This document shows, in pieces, positions 18,965-27,837 of a stretch of 64,000 nt of DNA. Each line of letters opens with the position of its first letter. Positions within the stretch are counted from its first letter, which is position 1. The stretch is from Sedimenticola sp. (lineage in GTDB: Bacteria; Pseudomonadota; Gammaproteobacteria; Chromatiales; Chromatiaceae). The translations under genes were made by a program, and so were the position numbers. The stretch lies in the NCBI GenBank assembly GCA_027068915.1, contig JAMOLT010000041.1:977-64976 (forward strand). The letters run 5' to 3'. The notes under the pieces were generated by a model. The model was not told the origin of the DNA and did not search any database. It worked only from the letters and a program-made list of their open reading frames with translations.

Positions 18965-20386
18965 TCAGGGGCGAACCAGCTTGACTTTGCCGAATAGGGA
19001 CAGTTCGTCCGCGATGGCTTTCGCATCACCGCTGATTGCTATGGTTTGCTTGCGGGAAGCAAAATATTTGCGCCCCATAAGCTGGATATCCTGTTTGCTC
19101 ACGCCCTCGATTCCGGGCACATATTTGGCCAGGTCTGCGGGGGTTTTGCCGTCTATCCAGTAGCCGGTAAGCGTGGCTGCCAATGCGGAGGAAGTCTCGT
19201 TCGCCAGCAGAAAGCTGCCTTTCAGGTAACGCTGGGCGCGGATCAGCTCCTTGTCTTCGGGCAGTGTCGCGGCCAGTCTGTCCAGCTCGTAGAAGATTTC
19301 CACCAGGGTGGCGGCGGTAACCTCATTGCGCACCGAGGCGCTGGCGCGGAACATGCCTCCCTTGCTCCAGTCGATGACGGAAGTACGGGGCGAATAGGTG
19401 TATCCCTTGTCTTCGCGGATATTCATGGTCAGACGGCTGCCGAATGCGCCACCCAGTATGGTGTTGGCGACTTTCAGGGAAAACTCGTCCGCGTTGCCCG
19501 CCGCCGGCATGGGACGGCCAACATAGATGGTGGACTGTACGGAGTTCGGGCGATCCACTACCAGCAGGGCGGGCTGGGTTGTTTCCGGGGCAGGGGGGAT
19601 GCCAGTGATTTTCCGGTCCTGGTTCTTCCAAGCGCCAAAATGCTGGTTTGCCAGTGTTTCCATTCGGGCGGTGGAAAGGTTGCCAACCAGGACGAGGATG
19701 GACTGGCCTGGCTGGAAGCGCTGTTGGTAGGTCTTGTGCAGGTCAGTTCTGGTGATTTTGCTGATGACTTGCGGGTCAGGGTTGACGAAGGCATAAGGGT
19801 GCTTGCCAAACAGCTGACGGTAAAAGACCTGGTTGAGATCATAGGAAGGCTGGGATTTGCTGGCGATGATGGACTGTAGCTCGTTCTCTATCGCCAGCTT
19901 CACCTCCTCTTCGGGAAAGTTGGCATTGCGGGCCGTATCCGCCAGTATTTCCAGTAGTGCATCTGTTCCCGTGGACAGGCCGTTGATGCCGATATAGGAG
20001 ATGTCCTTGCCAATGCCGACGTCGATTTCTGCACCCAGCGCCTGTAACTGCTCGGCAATCTGCCGTGAGTTGCGCTGGCTGGTGCCTGAGCTGATGGTTG
20101 CCGAAAGCAGATTGCTCAGGCCCTTGAGCTGCTCGGGATCCGAGGCCTCGCCGGCCCCTGCTGCTAAATACATGGAGACCAGGGGAAGTCCGGGGCGTTC
20201 GATGAGCCACAGGGTAAGGCCGTTGGCGAGCTGTTTTTCCACCACATCGGGTAGCACCAGAGGCTTGTCGGGAGCGTAATCCGGCAGACCCTTGATGGCT
20301 TTGTTGTCTTTTTTCGCCTGCACAGGGCTGCCTGCCGCCAGCAGGGAAAGACAGAGCAGGGTAGTGATGATCCATGCATGTTTCAT
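18965..20386 (-). CDS. M16 family peptidase, non-catalytic subunit, exported
   Basis: signal peptide; no HxxEH; GGAFGSRL..IREDKGYTY (R/Y pair). Confidence 0.88.
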   Translation of the reverse strand: MKHAWIITTLLCLSLLAAGSPVQAKKDNKAIKGLPDYAPDKPLVLPDVVEKQLANGLTLWLIERPGLPLVSMYLAAGAGEASDPEQLKGLSNLLSATISSGTSQRNSRQIAEQLQALGAEIDVGIGKDISYIGINGLSTGTDALLEILADTARNANFPEEEVKLAIENELQSIIASKSQPSYDLNQVFYRQLFGKHPYAFVNPDPQVISKITRTDLHKTYQQRFQPGQSILVLVGNLSTARMETLANQHFGAWKNQDRKITGIPPAPETTQPALLVVDRPNSVQSTIYVGRPMPAAGNADEFSLKVANTILGGAFGSRLTMNIREDKGYTYSPRTSVIDWSKGGMFRASASVRNEVTAATLVEIFYELDRLAATLPEDKELIRAQRYLKGSFLLANETSSALAATLTGYWIDGKTPADLAKYVPGIEGVSKQDIQLMGRKYFASRKQTIAISGDAKAIADELSLFGKVKLVRP

Positions 20387-21747
20387 TACTTCTTCTCCTG
20401 GTGCTGCCGGGCGACCTGACGGTCGATCCAGCTGCGGTTAGCGACGGTAAGGTATTTGGCTGCGGCCTGCTGGATGCTCCTGGCGGTGACCTTGTTGATC
20501 AGCTCAGGGTAACGGTTAACCAGGTCTGCATCGCCGTGGATCAGCTGGGAGATGGCCAGGTAATCGGCGCGGCTGAGGTTGTGTGCCAGCTCCTTGTAGA
20601 AGTCTGCGATCATCTTGGTCTTAACTGCCTGCAGGCGTTCTTCGGTCACGCCGCTTTGCGCCAATTCATTGATGACTGCTTGAATGTTATTCACATTTTG
20701 CCTTGCATCGCTTCCGGGTTTGTAGATGCCAAAGGCAACCGTCAGGCTCGGACCGGCAACCGTCAATACATTGCCCAAGGGCCAGGCCATGCCGCCAGAG
20801 ATGGAGAGCATGGACTGCTCTTCCTTGACCATTCTCTGATAGAGCAGGCTGGCCTCGCCTCCCAGCAGCAGTTCACCCAACACGGCCAGAGGATAATAAT
20901 CGGGGCTTTCCGGCCCGGGCATCTTCCAGCCGATGGCCAGCGCTGGTGCTGTAGCGTGGCTGTCCATTTCCTGCTTGAAGCGTTCTTTGGTATTTAAAGG
21001 TTCCGAAACATCCGGGCGTGGAGGGACGGGTGCACTTGCAATCTTGCTGAAATACTTGTTGACCAATGCGTGAACCTGATCGGCATCTACATCCCCCGCG
21101 ATGGCGATTACGGCATTGTTGGGCGTGTAGTAGGTGGCATGAAAGCGTTTTACATCCTCGATACTGGCTTTGTCCAGATCAATGAAGGAGCCATAACCAT
21201 CGTGGGAATTTTCCCACTTGTCGAAAGCCAGGGCCGCAAGATCTGTCCAGAAAAACAGCCCATAGGGCTTGTTCTTCACATTGACACGGATTTCTTCTTT
21301 GACCACGTCCCGCTGGTTGTTCAGGTTTTCTTCGGAGAAATCCAGATGTCGCATGCGGTCGGCTTCCAGCCACAGGATTGGCTCCAGGGCAGATACCGGC
21401 GCCTTGGAAATGTAGTTGGTGTAATCATAGCGGGTGGAGCCATTGAGAGAGCCACCGCCTCCCTGGATGATTTTTACAAAGCTGCCCTTGGGGGCGTTGG
21501 GGGTTCCCTCGAACATCATGTGCTCGAACAAATGAGCAAATCCGGTACGCCCTCTTGGCTCAAGGCGAAAGCCGACATGATAGGCGATGGACAGGCCAAA
21601 GGTCGGGGAGGAGTGATCTTCAGACACCACAAGGGTCAACCCATTGTCGAGCTTGTAGGTGCTGATGGGCAACTGTTGTGCAGCTGTAGTGCTTGACAGG
21701 GCCAGCAGCAACAGCGCTGGTGCCAGCCATTTCAGGGTCTTGTTCAT
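20386..21747 (-). CDS. M16 family zinc peptidase, catalytic subunit, exported
   Basis: signal peptide; TGFAHLFEHMMF (HxxEH), EEIR; start trimmed to MNKTLK. Confidence 0.92.
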   Translation of the reverse strand: MNKTLKWLAPALLLLALSSTTAAQQLPISTYKLDNGLTLVVSEDHSSPTFGLSIAYHVGFRLEPRGRTGFAHLFEHMMFEGTPNAPKGSFVKIIQGGGGSLNGSTRYDYTNYISKAPVSALEPILWLEADRMRHLDFSEENLNNQRDVVKEEIRVNVKNKPYGLFFWTDLAALAFDKWENSHDGYGSFIDLDKASIEDVKRFHATYYTPNNAVIAIAGDVDADQVHALVNKYFSKIASAPVPPRPDVSEPLNTKERFKQEMDSHATAPALAIGWKMPGPESPDYYPLAVLGELLLGGEASLLYQRMVKEEQSMLSISGGMAWPLGNVLTVAGPSLTVAFGIYKPGSDARQNVNNIQAVINELAQSGVTEERLQAVKTKMIADFYKELAHNLSRADYLAISQLIHGDADLVNRYPELINKVTARSIQQAAAKYLTVANRSWIDRQVARQHQEKK

Positions 21748-22074
21748 GTTCTCCTGTTCTCCATTGGTTGGCCGGTATTTCATCTTCGTAGTCGAAGTTG
21801 CCGGGCAGTCTTCCGCTAATCTTGATTGATTGTGCTTTTTGCTGGCGTGGATTTTATTGGCCCGGAAATGAAATGTCATGCCTTCGTGAATGATTTGGCG
21901 CGAGGCATAGTCCGCAGCCGATAGCCAATCCAATTGGCAAAGCGAAAATGCAGCAGCACGGAACGACAAAAAGTATAGCATTTTATTGCCGGGCCAATAG
22001 CGTTCAGCGAAGGCTGAAGGCAGGCGCTGTGCAGACCCGGAAAATCCTCCTCATAGAAAAGGGCTAACAAATTA

Positions 22075-22108
22075 ATATTGTAAATAGTAATTTACTACTT
22101 AACAATAT
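22075..22108. promoter_or_regulatory. AT-rich nested palindrome, operator-like
   Basis: atattgt-aaa-tagtaa-t-ttacta-ctta-acaatat upstream of the first sgp gene. Confidence 0.4.
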
Positions 22109-22137
22109 AAGCAAACTCTGAAATACTAATATGCAGA

Positions 22138-22152
22138 TGGCGGGTTGCTTGC
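22138..22152 (+). promoter_or_regulatory. candidate sigma54 (-24/-12) promoter of the sgp genes
   Basis: TGGC-gggttgc-TTGC with the correct GG-N10-GC spacing, ~40 nt before the ATG. Confidence 0.45.
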
Positions 22153-22192
22153 GCATCTATAACAAACAGCTAACTGATTTTGGAGAAATATC

Positions 22193-22609
22193 ATGAAAAA
22201 ATTGATTAAAGTTGCTGCTGTAGCAGCACTGATCGCTGCTTCTGCTTCTGCTTCCGCCTGGTGGGGTGGCCCGTGGGGTAACAATGGTTACGGAAACAAC
22301 AACAATGCCTGGGACAACGCTATGGATGGTATGGGTGATGGCTATGGTTCCGGTGATTTCAACTTTGGCATGAGTGGTTCCGCTCGTGGTAACAGCTATG
22401 GTCGTGGCTATGGCAACAACCGTTATGATGGTTATAACGGCTACGGTTATGCCCCCTATGGTTATGCTCCTTACGGCTATGCTCCTTATGGCGGTGCTCC
22501 CGGCCCTTATGGCGCTCGTGGTCCTTACGGTACTCCTGGCCCGTATGGTGCTCCTGCTCCTTACGGTGCTCCTGCAGCTCCTCAGGCACCTGCGGCTCCG
22601 GCCAAGTAA
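22193..22609 (+). CDS. sulfur globule envelope protein (SgpA/SgpB-like)
   Basis: signal peptide ASASA|WWGGPWG, GDFNFG, Gly/Tyr/Pro repeats GYAPY x3 and GPYG. Confidence 0.9.
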   Translation: MKKLIKVAAVAALIAASASASAWWGGPWGNNGYGNNNNAWDNAMDGMGDGYGSGDFNFGMSGSARGNSYGRGYGNNRYDGYNGYGYAPYGYAPYGYAPYGGAPGPYGARGPYGTPGPYGAPAPYGAPAAPQAPAAPAK

Positions 22610-22622
22610 GTTTGCAATGAAC

Positions 22623-22661
22623 CCGGGTGCGCCTGTGGTCTCGGTGCACCCGGCAGTTTTT
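22623..22661 (+). terminator. hairpin between the sgp genes (terminator or mRNA stabiliser)
   Basis: ccgggtgcgcc-9nt-ggtgcacccgg then cagttttt. Confidence 0.6.
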
Positions 22662-22702
22662 CGGATGAATTGGTACATCTAAATGATGCCGGAGAGTGTG
22701 TG

Positions 22703-23266
22703 ATGAACAAGATTGTAAGAATGAGTATGGCTGCTGTTCTGGTTGCTGTTTCCGCTTCTGCTTCTGCATGGTGGGGAAACAACGATACATGGGGCAATGA
22801 TGGCGTTGGCGATGTTATGGGCGATATGTTTGGCGACATGGATTTCAACTTCAATATGCGTGCCCACGGTAATGGTTATGGTCGTGGAGATGGCTACGGC
22901 TACAATCGCTATGATGGACGCAATGGCTATGGTTATGCGCCGTATGGCTATGCCCCTTATGGTGCGCCCGTTGCGCCTGCCATGAGCGAAGAGCAGCAAA
23001 AAGCTGCCGCCGAGCAATATGCCAGGGCTGTTGAAGCGCAGCGCAAGGCAGCAGAGGCTTATGCCGCCCGGCAGGCAGAGATGTTCAGACAGCGCCAGGC
23101 AGCTGCTCCCCGGCAGGCCATGCCTGCCCCCTACCGGGCGCCGCAATTCACCGGCTTCAGAACCCGTGAAGAGGCAATGAAGGCAATGGAGGCTCGTCAT
23201 GCGCAAATGGAGAAGGAAATGGAAGCCCGCCGTGCCCGGTTTGAAAAGGATTGCAACAAGTCCTGA
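22703..23266 (+). CDS. sulfur globule protein paralog with an Ala/Gln/Arg/Glu-rich helical C-terminus
   Basis: ASASA|[27 protein letters not shown], then [24 protein letters not shown]. Confidence 0.85.
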   Translation: MNKIVRMSMAAVLVAVSASASAWWGNNDTWGNDGVGDVMGDMFGDMDFNFNMRAHGNGYGRGDGYGYNRYDGRNGYGYAPYGYAPYGAPVAPAMSEEQQKAAAEQYARAVEAQRKAAEAYAARQAEMFRQRQAAAPRQAMPAPYRAPQFTGFRTREEAMKAMEARHAQMEKEMEARRARFEKDCNKS

Positions 23267-23279
23267 TCAGGCAGATCAG

Positions 23280-23540
23280 CTAGTGTACTGCGTCGGAATC
23301 AAAGGCTCTTTCAGCGTCCCCCAAAAGTGCCAGGACAAGGCGGGGTGCGTTGCTCTCTTGGCAAGTACCCCAACACCGTCCTGGCGCTTTTGGGGGATTC
23401 CCTTCGGGTGAGCCACAATGCGGCCATCTGCGGCGCTGCGCTCGCTTGAAAGGGGGTGGCCCTTCCTGTGCGAGTACGCCTTGCATCTGGCCGCATTGTG
23501 ACTCACTGAAAGGGCCTTTGATTCTGACGCAGTACACTAG
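23280..23540. mobile_element. 261-bp MITE, CTAG-ended family, two internal hairpin modules
   Basis: 35-bp TIRs (33/35) CTAGTGTACTGCGTCGGAATCAAAGG...; second copy at 39177-39357. Confidence 0.88.
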
Positions 23541-23633
23541 CCGGATATTTCACCCAGTCGCCAAAAAATAAAGATAAGCGGTTGTTTTTTTATAGATATT
23601 ATTGGAATTTTAGCAAAGTACTAAAGTGTAACC

Positions 23634-23831
23634 GGGCCACGGCTTGCGTCCACCCTCGCACTGATCTTGCCGCCCAGAGATGGTATTTCCTCAATCATCA
23701 ATAGCTCAGGCTATTGATTCAATTGGAAATCCGCCTCTGAACGACAATCTCAGCACGATCATCGGACTCCTGAGTGAAACATCCGGCTAGTTGATGGAGG
23801 CGCGCCCGGTTATGCCGGGCGCGCTTTTTTT
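23634..23831 (+). ncRNA. candidate ~200-nt sRNA with a rod-like hairpin
   Basis: nested stems 23662-23761 (apical 9-bp atcaatagc/gctattgat), AT-rich upstream region, strong terminator; 5' end and strand inferred. Confidence 0.35.
23800..23831 (+). terminator. strong intrinsic terminator
   Basis: gcgcgcccgg-ttatg-ccgggcgcgc-T7. Confidence 0.9.
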
Positions 23832-23926
23832 CCACTGGTATTTCCCGTGTGCTAGGATTCATATACTTTATCCTGGACTCGTACGGGCATCTGCCTGCTC
23901 AGAGCGGGGCAACAGAGAGGCCTCAA

Positions 23927-24154
23927 ATGATGAGAAAGCAGAATATTACACAGAAGTTTTCGGTGGCATTCGCATATATCTTTTATGTTTTCGCTGTGAC
24001 CAGTGTTGTTGCTGTAGGCTATTATTACTTGCAGCATGGCGGTGATCATCCCTCTGTTGCTGCTTGGGCCGCCGCTATCGTTTTCTTTATTAGTGGTGGT
24101 GTGGTGCTGCACGTCATGGGGCGGGCCGATATTCCGGACTTCCGCATCAAGTGA
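23927..24154 (+). CDS. small two-TM membrane protein
   Basis: GAGAGG before ATG; two hydrophobic helices; C-terminal LHVMGRADIPDFRI. Confidence 0.7.
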   Translation: MMRKQNITQKFSVAFAYIFYVFAVTSVVAVGYYYLQHGGDHPSVAAWAAAIVFFISGGVVLHVMGRADIPDFRIK

Positions 24155-24177
24155 TTTATTGATTATCTCCGCTGATT

Positions 24178-24191
24178 TTGATCAGCATCAA
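24178..24191. promoter_or_regulatory. perfect FNR box upstream of yhcC-ubiU-ubiV
   Basis: TTGAT-cagc-ATCAA, 10/10 consensus. Confidence 0.88.
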
Positions 24192-24224
24192 GCCGCGCAA
24201 CAGGCATTTGTGGCATAAAGCGCC

Positions 24225-25196
24225 ATGTTTGAGAATCAAACCTTTCCGCAAGCCGTTCTGTCTGATCTGGTCAATACCTTTGGCCAGGATCTGAAGCGCC
24301 GTTACGGGGAGCGGGTACACAAGCTGGCTATTAATGCCGGTTTTACCTGCCCCAATCGTGACGGCAGCAAGGGCAGGGGCGGTTGCACTTTTTGCAACAA
24401 TGTTTCCTTCAGCCCGAATGCGCGTAGTGAGCCGGATGTGCTTGAGCAGCTTGCATCTGGCCGACAGGTGTTGGGAAAGCGTACTGGTGCAAAGAAGTTT
24501 CTGGCGTATTTTCAAGCGTATACCAATACTTATGCGGACGTGGACGCCCTTGACCGGATCTACCGCCAGGCGCTGTCCGAGCAGGATGTGGTGGGGCTTT
24601 CCATTGGCACCCGCCCGGATTGCGTGCCCCCGGCGGTGCTGGATCTGCTGGCTTCCTATCAGGATCAGGGGCATGAAATCTGGCTGGAGCTGGGCCTGCA
24701 GTCCGCCTTCGATCACACGCTGGAAAAGGTCAATCGCGGGCATGGTTTTGCAGAATACCGCCAGGCGACCGCCGCGGCTCATGCACGGGGGCTGGCGGTT
24801 TGCACGCACCTGATCGTGGGCCTGCCCGGAGAGCGTGCGGGAGATTCCCTGTCGAGCCTGGATCGCGTGCTGGAGCTGGGCGTACAGGGGCTGAAAATCC
24901 ATCCCCTGCATGTGGTGAAAGGCACCCGACTGGCGAACCAATGGCGGCGGGAGGAATACCGGCCGCTGCAATTTGGTGAGTATGTGGACGCCGTGGTGCA
25001 GATGGTGGCGCGCACTCCCGCAGATGTGGTTTATCATCGGCTTACCGGCACAGCGCAGGAAAATGTCCTTCTTGCCCCGCAATGGTGTAACTGGAAATGG
25101 CGGGTATTGAATGCCATTACCCGCAAACTGGCTGAATCCGGCCTCGAACAGGGTGCCATGCTTGCGCCCCTGCCATCTGCCGTCAATTCTGATTAA
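24225..25196 (+). CDS. yhcC: radical SAM protein, TIGR01212/YhcC family
   Basis: GFTCPNRDG..GGCTFC, YFQAYTNTY, GTRPDC, ELGLQS, KIHPLHVVKGT. Confidence 0.92.
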   Translation: MFENQTFPQAVLSDLVNTFGQDLKRRYGERVHKLAINAGFTCPNRDGSKGRGGCTFCNNVSFSPNARSEPDVLEQLASGRQVLGKRTGAKKFLAYFQAYTNTYADVDALDRIYRQALSEQDVVGLSIGTRPDCVPPAVLDLLASYQDQGHEIWLELGLQSAFDHTLEKVNRGHGFAEYRQATAAAHARGLAVCTHLIVGLPGERAGDSLSSLDRVLELGVQGLKIHPLHVVKGTRLANQWRREEYRPLQFGEYVDAVVQMVARTPADVVYHRLTGTAQENVLLAPQWCNWKWRVLNAITRKLAESGLEQGAMLAPLPSAVNSD

Positions 25197-25207
25197 GAGG
25201 TTTTTTC

Positions 25208-26203
25208 ATGCAGCTTGTATGTCCGGCGGGTAATCTGCCGTCCCTCAAGGCCGCCATCGATGAAGGTGCGGATGTGGTGTATCTGGGCTTCAAGGACGAT
25301 ACCAATGCGCGTAATTTTGCCGGTCTGAATTTCAATGACCGCACCCTGGATCAGGGGCTGGACTATGTGCGCAGCTGTGGCCGCGAGGTCTATGTCGCGC
25401 TCAATACCTACCCGCGTCCCCAGGGCTGGAAGCGCTGGCAGGCTGCGGTGGACAGGGCAGCGGACATGCAGATGAATGCGTTGATCGCGGCAGACATGGG
25501 GGTGCTGGACTATGCCGCCAACCGCCATCCTGATTTGCCTTTGCATCTGTCGGTGCAGGGTTCGGCCACCAACTACGAAGCGCTGAAATTCTACAAGGAA
25601 CGCTTTGGCATCCGCCGCGCCGTGTTGCCGCGGGTGCTGTCCATGTCCCAGGTGAAGCATGTGGCGGAAAACGCAGAGGTGGAAATCGAAGTGTTCGGTT
25701 TTGGCAGCCTGTGCGTAATGGTGGAGGGACGTTGCCTGCTGTCTTCCTATGCCGCCGGACAATCCCCCAACACCCATGGCTGCTGCTCCCCGGCAGGTGA
25801 GGTGCGCTATGAGGAAACCGCCACGGGCATGGAGACCCGCCTGGGCGGGGTGCTGGTGGACAAGGTGGGCAAGGGTGAAAATGCGGGCTACCCCACGGTG
25901 TGCAAAGGCCGTTACGATGCCCTGGACAAGACCTATTACGCCATGGAAGAGCCCACCAGCCTCAACACCCTGGATCTGTTGCCCGAGCTGCTGGCCGCCG
26001 GCGTGGTCGCCATCAAGATAGAAGGGCGGCAGCGCAGCCCCGCCTATGTGAGGCAGGTTGCGCAGGTTTGGCGTCAGGCCATCGACAGCTGTCTGAAAGA
26101 CCCCCAGGGTTTTCAGCCGCGCAACGAATGGATGCAACAGCTTGGCGCCGTATCCGAAGGGCAGCAGACCACCCTGGGTGCATATCACAGAACCTGGCAA
26201 TGA
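25208..26203 (+). CDS. ubiU: O2-independent ubiquinone hydroxylase subunit UbiU (U32 family)
   Basis: MQLVCPAG, NARNFAGLNF, GSLCVMVEGRC..SPNTHGCCSP..CKGRY, KIEGRQRSP. Confidence 0.93.
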   Translation: MQLVCPAGNLPSLKAAIDEGADVVYLGFKDDTNARNFAGLNFNDRTLDQGLDYVRSCGREVYVALNTYPRPQGWKRWQAAVDRAADMQMNALIAADMGVLDYAANRHPDLPLHLSVQGSATNYEALKFYKERFGIRRAVLPRVLSMSQVKHVAENAEVEIEVFGFGSLCVMVEGRCLLSSYAAGQSPNTHGCCSPAGEVRYEETATGMETRLGGVLVDKVGKGENAGYPTVCKGRYDALDKTYYAMEEPTSLNTLDLLPELLAAGVVAIKIEGRQRSPAYVRQVAQVWRQAIDSCLKDPQGFQPRNEWMQQLGAVSEGQQTTLGAYHRTWQ

Positions 26204-27102
26204 GTGAGACTTCCATGAAACTATCTCTTGGCCCCGTGCAGTACTACTGGTCCCGTGAGGATCTGATGGATTTTTACCAGCAGGTGGCGGATATGCCGGT
26301 GGATATCGTGTATCTGGGAGAGACCGTCTGTGCAAAACGGCGGTTGTTCCGCTTCGATGACTGGATGGATACCGCCCGCAAACTCCGGGACGCAGGAAAG
26401 GAGGTGATCCTGTCCACCATGGCGCTGCTGGAAGCGGAATCCGAGCTGAAATCCCTGCGGCGTATCTGCAACAATGGCGAATTCCTGGTGGAGGCCAACG
26501 ATATGGCGGCGGTGCAGCTGCTTTCGGCGGCGGGTCTGCCCTTTGTGGCCGGGCCGACGGTGAACATCTACAACGCCGCGACTTTGCAGGTGCTGGCGAA
26601 TGCCGGTCTCAAACGCTGGGTGCCCGCGGTGGAGCTGGGTAGGGACACCCTGGCGGCCATTGCGCTGGAGGCGCCGAAAGGCGTGGAGACGGAGCTGTTT
26701 GCCTGGGGGCGCATGCCTTTGGCCATGTCCGCCCGCTGCTACACCGCCCGCGCCTATGATCTGCCCAAGGACGATTGCCAGTACCGCTGCCTGGATCACG
26801 CCGATGGCTTGACATTGCGCACCCGGGAGGGCGAGCCTTTCCTGGCGATCAACGGGATCCAGACCCAGTCGGCATTGACCTGCAATCTGCTCGCTGAAGT
26901 GGATGAAATCAAGGCCCTTGGGGTGGATGTGCTGCGCATCAGTCCCCAGGCGCACCATACCGGCCGTATTGCGCAGGCATTTGCTGATGTGCTGCAGGGG
27001 CAGAGCAAGGAAAAGCTGCCCGATATGGAGCGTCTTATGCCGGTGGGTGGTTGTGACGGCTACTGGCAGGAGCAGGCCGGCATGCGCTATTCACAAAAGT
27101 GA
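26200..27102 (+). CDS. ubiV: O2-independent ubiquinone hydroxylase subunit UbiV
   Basis: KLSLGPVQYYW, GETVCAKR, SARCYTAR..DDCQYRC, NGIQTQS, CDGYW; ATGA overlap with ubiU. Confidence 0.93.
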   Translation: MSETSMKLSLGPVQYYWSREDLMDFYQQVADMPVDIVYLGETVCAKRRLFRFDDWMDTARKLRDAGKEVILSTMALLEAESELKSLRRICNNGEFLVEANDMAAVQLLSAAGLPFVAGPTVNIYNAATLQVLANAGLKRWVPAVELGRDTLAAIALEAPKGVETELFAWGRMPLAMSARCYTARAYDLPKDDCQYRCLDHADGLTLRTREGEPFLAINGIQTQSALTCNLLAEVDEIKALGVDVLRISPQAHHTGRIAQAFADVLQGQSKEKLPDMERLMPVGGCDGYWQEQAGMRYSQK

Positions 27103-27227
27103 GGTTGTTATTAACCCGGCAACGAACCATGTCATCCTCAGGATGTCAGACGCGAGCCAGGCCGCGACGCCTTGCCACGAATGCGCTCGGGATGGCTGAG
27201 GGCGACAGCGTTAGTCGCCGGTTACTA

Positions 27228-27707
27228 TCAGTCCGGTAACAGACCCGCGAGGCGGCTTGCCAGGCGATGCAGGGGATCGGGAAGCAGGTTCTCATCGAGA
27301 GAATAAAGCAGGTTCTTGATTTCCAGCCCCAGTTCCGTGTCGCCTTCCAGCTGCAGGCGGCGCTGGAAGAACAGGGTGTCCGGGTCTTCCTCGTTCAAGG
27401 CCAGCAACAAAAATTCCCTTGCCTTGCCGCCAAAGCGCACATCCGCCGCGCTTTGCGCTGGTGCTGGCGTGAGCTTCCCTTGCCGTAGCGTCAGGCGATA
27501 GTCCAGGGCCAGATCCATTACTTCGATCTGCAAAACCCTGTCCTGCAGGAAATCCAGCTCACCACTGGCCAGAGGCTCGGACAGCAGCCGGTTCAACAGC
27601 AGGGTCAAACCTTGTGAATGCAGTCGGCCAGGCAGCAGTTTTCCGGGCAGGGTAAGCAATGTCCCGACGCGGGGTGGGGTGAATGGCAAGGGCAAACGTG
27701 TAATCAT
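27228..27707 (-). CDS. ubiT: SCP2-domain ubiquinone biosynthesis accessory factor
   Basis: GELDFLQDR..EEDPDTLFFQRRLQLEGDTELGLEIKNLL; start trimmed to MITRL. Confidence 0.9.
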   Translation of the reverse strand: MITRLPLPFTPPRVGTLLTLPGKLLPGRLHSQGLTLLLNRLLSEPLASGELDFLQDRVLQIEVMDLALDYRLTLRQGKLTPAPAQSAADVRFGGKAREFLLLALNEEDPDTLFFQRRLQLEGDTELGLEIKNLLYSLDENLLPDPLHRLASRLAGLLPD

Positions 27708-27741
27708 GAGCGGAGTTTGCCATGGTAATTCCCGCAATCAT

Positions 27742-27755
27742 TTGAGGAACGTCAA
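27742..27755. promoter_or_regulatory. FNR/DNR-type box shared by the divergent ubiT and nnrS
   Basis: TTGAG-gaac-GTCAA, palindromic, 8/10 consensus. Confidence 0.7.
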
Positions 27756-27837
27756 GGAAAAGGCGGATAGAGCAAGGAAAATGCTCACTTCTGATCGTCA
27801 TAATTGTCATAACCGTTTCTTCCAGGAGAAGTACAGC

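Noticed and set aside
17493-21747. PQQ-like or RiPP biosynthetic cluster
   Set aside because: No precursor peptide, PqqD/RRE or SPASM domain is seen, and the M16 subunits are exported. Kept only as an unexplained operon.
22440-22600. Short tandem DNA repeats as a CRISPR or VNTR
   Set aside because: They are the in-frame GYAPY/GPYG codon repeats of the sulfur globule protein; no spacer-repeat array or cas genes occur anywhere in the window.
23276-23571. Short ORFs in both strands over this region (also 45180-45431 and 32277-32825)
   Set aside because: They coincide with palindromic MITEs; open frames on both strands are a by-product of the inverted repeats.
23634-23831. Identification as 6S RNA (ssrS)
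   Set aside because: There is no zapA/ygfA context, no recognisable 6S conserved sequence, and the 5' side of the bubble is too short.
27129-27208. gtcatcctcag...ctgagggcgac palindrome between ubiV and ubiT
   Set aside because: A single degenerate REP-like hairpin, adequately explained as a terminator region of convergent genes.
27797-27813. GTCATAA direct repeat as a Pho box
   Set aside because: The period is 9 bp, not the 11 bp required for PhoB-type boxes.
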